64,000 nucleotides of DNA from an uncultured delta proteobacterium. GTDB lineage: Bacteria; Desulfobacterota; Binatia; UBA9968. Below the pieces are notes generated by a model that had not been told where the DNA came from, did not search any database, and saw nothing but the letters and a program-made list of their open reading frames with translations. Made by a program: the position numbers and the translations under genes. This document shows, one piece after another, positions 51,786 through 64,000 of the stretch. The stretch is taken from positions 448,001-512,000 of the forward strand of contig CAVUVW010000014.1 of NCBI GenBank assembly GCA_963745035.1, written 5' to 3'. Position 1 is the stretch's first letter. Each line of letters opens with the position of its first letter.

Positions 51786-54700
51786 ATGAACGGTAAATCC
51801 ATCCCGTCGCCGTCCGATTTTCCCCGGGTTCTTTCCGCGGCCTCTCGGTTCTTCTCGTTTATCAATCACCGGCGGATAAAGCTCTGGCTGTGCTGGCTCG
51901 GTGCTCTTTTGGTCGTTTTTCTGTGTGCTTTCATAGAGTTTCAGACCTCGGCCTTGCAGTCCTGGATCTTTACCAGCACCAACGAACGGCTGTATTTCAA
52001 GCTTGGCGATGGCCCGAGTCAGGAGATCGCTTTTCCACGGTCGGCGCCGTTCGATGATCGGCGCGGTTATTCGAAGCTGCCGCTCTTCCTCTCCCGCCTG
52101 GAAGGGCAAAAATACCGCATCACTCGGCAGGTGCGCCAGTCCGAAACCATGCGCACGCTCTTTGAGCAAGGCATCTCGCCGCCCTACTTGGAACAGCCGG
52201 CGACCGGCCTTGAAGTACGCGGCGCCGACGGCGCGCCGCTGTTTCGCTACGGCCAAGCAGAATTTCTGTTCGCCAAAACGGAAGCGATCCCGCCCCTGCT
52301 GGTAAAAACCCTGCTGTTTCTCGAGAACCGCGATCTCGATAACCCGGCAACGCCGTGGCAAAACCCGGTGATCGAGTGGGATCGCACTCTCAAGGCGGCG
52401 ATGCTGTACATCGGCGCCAAATTGAATCTGCCGGTGCCGGTCCAGGGCGGCAGCACCCTCGCCGTGCAGTTGGAAAAATTTCGGCATTCTCCTCACGGCC
52501 GCACCGACACGCCGCTCGAAAAACTGCGCCAGATCGTCGGCGCGAGCCTCAAGGCTTACAGTGAAGGCGCCAACACCCGCGTCTGGCGGGAAAAGATCAT
52601 CATCGATTATCTCAACACCGTGCCGCTGGCCGCCGCGCCCGGCTACGGCGAGATCCACGGACTGGGCGAGGGGCTTTATGCATGGTTCGGCATGCGCCTG
52701 GATGAGGCCGTCGCGGCGTTGAATGCCGCGGGGCAAACGCCCGCCAAGGTACGCGCCTTCAAACACATCCTGACCTTGCTAATTTCCGTGCGCGCGCCTT
52801 CGGAATATCTGGTCGTCGAGCGCGCTTCGCTCGAAGACAAAGTCGATCAGTTTACCCGCCTGATGGCGCGCGCCGGAATCATCGATTGGGAATTTGCCGC
52901 CGAGTTGCAGGAAACCTCGATCCACTTCCTGCCCGCCGCGCCGCTGCCGCCGCAGCCGTCGTCGAGCAGGAACAAGGCGGCCAACGCGATCCGCACCAAT
53001 ATGATGGAGGCGCTCGGCGTCGGCAACCTCTACGACCTCAACCGGCTCGACTTGCAGGTCGGCAGCACCTTCGATGTGCCGCTTCAGAAGCAAGTGACCG
53101 ATTTCTTGAACCGCTTGGCCGATCCGAAATTCGTCGAGGCGAATGGACTGAATGGCGAGCGGCTCTTGGAGAAGGCCGACCCATCGAAGTTGATCTACTC
53201 GTTTCTGCTGGTGGAGGCGACGCCGGCCGGCAACTTGATCCGCGTGCAGGCGGACAACTTTGCCGCGCCCTTCGATTTCAACAAAAGCGTCAAGCTCGAA
53301 CTGGGCAGTACGGCCAAGCTGCGCACCCTCACCCACTACCTGGAGCTGGCGGCCGAGCTCCATCGCGAGCTTTCCGGCTTGGACGTAAAACAATTGGCGC
53401 AGCGCATACACGCCGCCCGCGACCCGCTGACCCGCTGGGCGGCGGAGACCGTGCGGGGGGAAAAAGGCATCGCGCTCCAGCCGTTCCTCGACGCCGCCAT
53501 GGCGCGCCGGTACTCGGCCAGCCCGTACGAAGACTTCTTCACCGGCGGCGGCGTGCACCGCTTCGAGAACTTCGACAAGCAAGAAAACGGGCTTGTGCTC
53601 AGCCTGCAGGACGCGTTTCGCACCTCGAACAATTTGATTTTCATTCGCTTGATGCGCGACCTGGTGAGTTATCATCGGGCGCGGCTCGCTTATGACGCCC
53701 ACGACGTGCTCGCCAATCCGGCCAACCTCGCGCGCCGCGAGATGCTCGAGGAAATCGCCGAGGAAGAATCCCGCCACGCGCTGCGCCGGGCCTACCAGAA
53801 CTATGCCGGGCAGACGCCCGAGGAAATCCTGCGGCGCGTGCTCGGCAAGGGCAACACCGAGCGGCGCTTGACGATCTTGTTCTTCGCCTGGCGCATCGGC
53901 CAAAGCGAGAACGAGCTCAAGGCATGGCTGAAAAAGAACCGAGTCGTGTTGGTCGACGCGGAGCTGTACCGGCTCTACCGCGCGTATCAAAATCCCCGCC
54001 TCACTTTGGCCGACTACGGCTATTTGCTTGCGCTCCATCCGCTCGATCTCTGGAGCGCCGGCGAGCTGCGCAAGCAGCCGGAGCTTGCCTGGGAAAAATT
54101 CTACGCCGGCCAGCGCAGCGGCGCGCCGGAGTAGGCTCGGCATGGCTGCTCAACGAGCGTGCCCGCCGCGCCCAGGACCTGCGCCTGCGCATCCGCATGG
54201 AAAAAGACGCCTTCCAACGCATGACGCCGTACTGGCAAAAACTCGGATTTCCCTTCAAGACCATGGTGCCGACCTATGCCACCGCGATCGGCGGCTCGTC
54301 GGACCGGCCGGTGGCGCTCGCCGAGCTGGTCGGTATTCTGGTCAACGACGGCGTGCGCCGGCCGTCGGTAAGCCTGACCGAAGTCCATTTCGCCGCCGGA
54401 ACGCCGTATGAATCGATACTCGAACGGGACCGGGAGTCCGGCCAACGCGTCTTAGCGCCTGAGGTCGCCCGCACCATGCGCAAAGCGATGGCCGACGTCG
54501 TCGAGCAAGGCACCGCCCGGCGGCTCAACGGGGTTTTTAAACTATCCGACGGTCGGGTTTTGACCGTCGGCGGCAAGACCGGCTCTGGCGATAATCGCTT
54601 CGAAACCTTCAGCCGCTCCGGCGCCGTCATCACCTCGCGTGCGACCAACCGTACCGCAACTTTCGTTTTCTACATCGGCGAGCGCTACTTTGGCGTGATC

Positions 54701-54931
54701 ACCGCCTATGTGCAGGGGCGCGAGGCGGACAATTATCGGTTTACCAGCGGCTTGCCGGTGTCTCTATTGAAGCTCATGGCGCCGACCCTGCTCGCAAAGC
54801 TCGACAAAAATCCTCAACCGCAGGCGGCGGCGAGTTCGCCGGTCGCGGGCGCCGTTGCCGCCAAGCGGCCGGCCAAACCGATCGAATATTCGCGTTCGCA
54901 GACTCAACCAAGCTCACCGGCCGCGCGTTGA
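51786..54931 (+). CDS. Large atypical bifunctional penicillin-binding protein; apparent frameshift near 54120
   Basis: QGGSTLAVQLEK, DYLNTVP and EIHGL transglycosylase motifs; GSTAK, SNN and KTGS transpeptidase motifs, the last in ORF 53924..54931. Confidence 0.85.
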
Positions 54932-54999
54932 AACGATCTCACCGGACGCAATAACTCGCGCCGCCGCTTTCCTCTCTCGTCGCGCTTCGAAGAAATTTT

Positions 55000-55686
55000 C
55001 TACGTCCCGCGCCGGTTGCCGAACAGCTCGATATGCAGCCGCGGCGTGAAGCCGTAACCGTGATCGAGGCAGGCTTGAACGATCCAGGCGCGCTTTTCCT
55101 CAAGCTGCTTTCGCGTCGTTCCTTGCGCCATGATCAGCACCCGAGCGGTGTCGACGTTCTTTAACCGGTCAATGAGCCCGCGAATCTCGGCAAAGTCCGC
55201 TTGCGCATCGACGACGAATTTTAGCTGATAATCGTAGCGGTCGATATAACTTTGCAGCGCCGCAAAATTCAGCCGCCGCTGCTCGTGCATCGCGGCAAAC
55301 TTTCCCTTTGCTCGTTTCCACGGCGTCGAGCTGGCGAGCTTCGGACTGAGCGAGATTAGATCGCAGGCCACCGGCTTGAACAGGGTTCCCGCGGTCTCGA
55401 TGGTCACGTGCTTGCCTTTGCGCCGCAGCGCCGCCGTCAATTCTGCGATCTCCGCAGCGAGCATCGGCTCGCCGCCGGTAATCACGACGTGCCGCGCCGC
55501 ATGCTCGTCGACGCGGCGGAGAATCTTCGCCAGCGGCCAGGAAGATCCTTCGGGCCGCCACGAGGTGTAAGGCGTATCGCACCAGACGCAGCGCAGATTG
55601 CATCCCGAAGTGCGGATGAATAGCGACGGCGTGCCTATGAGGCGGCCTTCTCCTTGGATGGAGTAAAAGATTTCGCTGATGCGCAC
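55000..55686 (-). CDS. queE: 7-carboxy-7-deazaguanine synthase
   Basis: EIFYSIQGEG, GCNLRCVWCDT, TGGEP, IETAGT, SPK, RLH. Confidence 0.95.
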   Translation of the reverse strand: MRISEIFYSIQGEGRLIGTPSLFIRTSGCNLRCVWCDTPYTSWRPEGSSWPLAKILRRVDEHAARHVVITGGEPMLAAEIAELTAALRRKGKHVTIETAGTLFKPVACDLISLSPKLASSTPWKRAKGKFAAMHEQRRLNFAALQSYIDRYDYQLKFVVDAQADFAEIRGLIDRLKNVDTARVLIMAQGTTRKQLEEKRAWIVQACLDHGYGFTPRLHIELFGNRRGT

Positions 55687-55841
55687 GTTACCAATTTAGC
55701 AAACCCGGCAGCAGGCCGACAGCGTTCCGCCCTTCCGACCATCGAGTTAACTTGCAACCGCAACGCCGTGTGGTAGACGTTAAAGGTTGGTGCTTCTGGA
55801 AAAGTTGCCGTCCCTGCGGACGGCGCGAGTAAAACGGAAAA

Positions 55842-56084
55842 ATGGCGGCGGACAAGGAAGCTTTGGCGGCCGAAGAGCGCAAGATTCGCCGGCTGCGCCG
55901 CGCCATGGACGTCGCCGCCGCGCTGCTCTGGAAGGTGAATTTGACACTGGAAGAAGCGCAGGACGTGGTGCGCCACGCCAAGCACACGGCCCTGCAACTT
56001 TTTCCGGACAAGGAAGCAACTTTCGACTTGATCTACGGGGCGCGCTTTCGGCGCATCCTCGTGGAAAAATATCGCTTGCAGTAG
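55842..56084 (+). CDS. Small hypothetical helical protein
   Basis: 80 aa with LFPDKEATFDLIY; ends 11 nt before uvrA. Confidence 0.7.
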   Translation: MAADKEALAAEERKIRRLRRAMDVAAALLWKVNLTLEEAQDVVRHAKHTALQLFPDKEATFDLIYGARFRRILVEKYRLQ

Positions 56085-56095
56085 ACTGATTGCCA

Positions 56096-61813
<5,718 letters not shown>

Positions 61814-62194
61814 GTGGCGTCGCGGCTGCTCCAGATGCTCGGCTACGGGCTACGCCTGCGCTGCCCGCGCTGCGGCGCCGGCCGGCTCTTTCACAAGCCG
61901 TTTCGGATGTACGAGCAATGCGAGCATTGCGCTCTGAAGTTCGAGCGCGAGCAAGGCTATTTCATCGGCGCCATCTACATCAACTACGCCGCCACGGTCG
62001 CCATCGCCGTGCCGGGATTTTTCTTGTTGGACGCCTTCGCTGCCCTGACCATCGACCAGCAGCTGACCCTCTGGGTGCCGTTTGCCGTCGTCTTCCCGCT
62101 CGCCTTTTTCCACCACGCGCGCAGCCTGTGGCTCGTCCTGGATCACTTTTTTAATCCCGCCCAGCCGCTCTACAGTGTGCCGCCAAAGAAGTAG
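61814..62194 (+). CDS. DUF983-like Zn-ribbon membrane protein
   Basis: CPRCGAGRLF...CEHC followed by 2 TM. Confidence 0.8.
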   Translation: MASRLLQMLGYGLRLRCPRCGAGRLFHKPFRMYEQCEHCALKFEREQGYFIGAIYINYAATVAIAVPGFFLLDAFAALTIDQQLTLWVPFAVVFPLAFFHHARSLWLVLDHFFNPAQPLYSVPPKK

Positions 62195-62375
62195 CCGGCG
62201 CGAGCGCGAAGTGATGCCCTTGGTCGCAGGCGGCCTGCCGAACAAGGTGATCGCTTCTAAGCTCGGCACCATGGAGAAAACCATCAAAGTCGATCGCGCG
62301 CGAATCATGCAGAAAGTGAATGCCCAATCTCTGCCTGATTTGGCAAAGGCAGTGGAAAAGCTGCGGCTTTCATGA
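62193..62375 (+). pseudogene. Remnant LuxR-type HTH of a FixJ/NodW-like regulator
   Basis: SRREREVMPLV..GLPNKVIA.KLGT.EKTIKV.RARIMQK; no receiver domain or clear start. Confidence 0.65.
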
Positions 62376-62407
62376 AAGGCGGCAAGTCGGGTCCCGCTGT
62401 GAGTCAT

Positions 62408-62425
62408 ATTGGACCAAGGTCCAAT
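62408..62425. promoter_or_regulatory. Perfect palindrome, candidate regulator binding site
   Basis: ATTGGACC-AA-GGTCCAAT. Confidence 0.5.
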
Positions 62426-62484
62426 CGTTCCCGTAGTTCTTCAGTGATAACCTTTCATTCAGTCGGTTAAACGATCAATCCGAG

Positions 62485-62680
62485 ATGCAACTCGGTCGGA
62501 CTCGGCGTCGGCGGCAGCTCGGGAGAAGGCGTGCTCAGTTATCAAGGCACAGATTGCCCGTTCACGATCTCGGGTTTCAACGTAGCGGATGTCGGCGTGG
62601 CAAATTTCAGGGCGCCGGCAAAGTCTACGATCTTAAGATCTCCAGGATTTCTCCGGCAACTAAGCTGCCGCCCAGGCAAC
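62485..62680 (+). pseudogene. Degraded fragment of a Gly-rich beta-strand hypothetical protein
   Basis: SVGLGVGGSSGEGVLSYQG..PFTISG..VADVGV, then GAGKVYDLK in a shifted frame, then a stop. Confidence 0.4.
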
Positions 62681-62884
62681 ATTTTCGATTCGCGGCGGTC
62701 AGAGTGAGCTTTCCATGCGTAACGCCAAAGGCGTGACCCTGGTCGTGCTGGCGCGCGACGGCAAAGAGACGGGTACCCGCTTAAGCCTCGGTCCCCGCGG
62801 GCGTCACGTTGAGCTTGAATAATAATTTTCCGTCGCTGAAAGCGGCGTAAGAACATCGTCGCTGCAAACGTAATTGGGCCGATA

Positions 62885-64000
62885 ATGGCGGAAGGTACTC
62901 TCTCGTTCGCGCAAACAAATGACGCCCTGCTCCAAGTTCGTCTGGGAGGAGCATGGCGCTTGCGCGGCGGTTTGCCTTCGGTCGCTTTGCTCGAGCGCGA
63001 GCTGAATTCCGCTCCGCGCGTCAAAAATATCAGCTTCGATGCCGCCGAGCTGCAATCCTGGGACAGCAGCGTGCTCGCCTTTTTGGTCGAAGCCTCAGCT
63101 TTGTGCCGCACGCGCGGTATTCAATTGGACCGCGCCGGCTTGCCTTCCGGGCTGCAGCGGCTTTTGGACTTGGCCGAAGCGGTGCCGGAAAAGCAAGGGG
63201 CGCGCAAAGAAACCGTTCAGACACCTTTCCTCGAGCGGATCGGCAACAGCGCCATCGGCGCCGGCTCTTCGCTCGGGGAGATGCTCGCGTTTCTCGGCGA
63301 AATGTCGGTGACATTCGTCAGGCTTTTGCGCATGAACGTGCGCTTTCGCGCCGTCGATTTGGTTTTGCTGATCCAACAATCCGGCGCCCAGGCGCTGCCG
63401 ATCGTGACCCTGATCAGCTTTTTGGTCGGCGTGATCCTCGCCTTCGTCGGCGCCGTTCAGTTGCGACAATTCGGCGCGCAGATCTACGTCGCCGATCTGG
63501 TCGGCATCGCGATGATCCGCGAGATGGGCGCCATGATGACCGGCATCATCATGGCCGGACGCACCGGCGCCGCTTTCGCCGCTCAACTCGGCACGATGAA
63601 AGTCACTCAGGAAATCGACGCCTTCACCACCCTGGGATTTTCACCGCTGGAGTTCCTTGTGCTGCCGCGGGTCATCGCCTTGGTGTTGATGATGCCGCTG
63701 CTCTGTTTGTACGCGGACATCATCGGCGTGCTCGGCGGCGCGGCGATCGGCGTCGGCATGCTCGATCTTTCGTGGACGACCTATTTCCGCCAGACCTCCA
63801 ACGCCGTCGATCTGGTCGATGTCTTCGGCGGCGTGTTTAAAGCATCGGTCTATGGCGTACTGATTGCGCTCTCGGGCTGTCTGCGCGGGATCCAGTGCGG
63901 CAACAGCTCGTCGGCGGTCGGCGATGCGGCAACCTCGGCGGTGGTGACTGGAATCGTCGCCATCGTCGTCGCCTGCGGCATTTTTGCCGTAGTGTTTTAC
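62885..64000 (+). CDS. mlaE: MlaE-family ABC permease with N-terminal STAS-like domain (runs off the window)
   Basis: WDSSVLAFL, QLRQFGAQIY, REMGAMMT, AGRTGAAFAAQLGTMKV.QEIDA. Confidence 0.9.
   Translation, partial: MAEGTLSFAQTNDALLQVRLGGAWRLRGGLPSVALLERELNSAPRVKNISFDAAELQSWDSSVLAFLVEASALCRTRGIQLDRAGLPSGLQRLLDLAEAVPEKQGARKETVQTPFLERIGNSAIGAGSSLGEMLAFLGEMSVTFVRLLRMNVRFRAVDLVLLIQQSGAQALPIVTLISFLVGVILAFVGAVQLRQFGAQIYVADLVGIAMIREMGAMMTGIIMAGRTGAAFAAQLGTMKVTQEIDAFTTLGFSPLEFLVLPRVIALVLMMPLLCLYADIIGVLGGAAIGVGMLDLSWTTYFRQTSNAVDLVDVFGGVFKASVYGVLIALSGCLRGIQCGNSSSAVGDAATSAVVTGIVAIVVACGIFAVVFY

Noticed and set aside
49683-55686. 7-deazaguanine DNA modification (dpd) island formed by DGQHR, queE and folE
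   Set aside because: No dpdA, dpdC, queC or queD here and the genes are not clustered; queE and folE fit ordinary queuosine and folate synthesis

Overview
GC-rich bacterial chromosomal window. Gene content (orphan SsuA/NMT1-type binding proteins with amidohydrolase, cupin and heme-oxygenase-like genes, TRAP transporters, double-length UvrA) suggests a deltaproteobacterial-type lineage such as Ca. Binatia; this is inference. Housekeeping blocks: tlpA-ccdA, folE-pepA-trxA, mreBCD-mrdA-rodA, ppiD, lipBA, queE, uvrA, mlaE. These alternate with transport and catabolic clusters: an iron/polyamine-type ABC system, two TRAP systems, glcDFE, garR and an amidase. At least 11 genes, including mreC, are split by apparent 1-nt frameshifts, most likely long-read assembly errors. 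No rRNA, tRNA, CRISPR, transposase or integrase was recognised. Most notable: (1) an unannotated 16-codon Lys-rich micropeptide gene (MAAKKKAKKKAKKKKK) with its own promoter, perfect SD and terminator, nested long-range RNA pairing that could hide the SD, and two NrdR-like boxes; (2) an aminotransferase, an uncharacterised Fe-S protein pair and a TRAP transporter in one operon; (3) a four-helix-bundle gene bracketed by 14-bp inverted repeats, plus a family of intergenic hairpins with 7-9-nt periodicity; (4) an orphan DGQHR protein.
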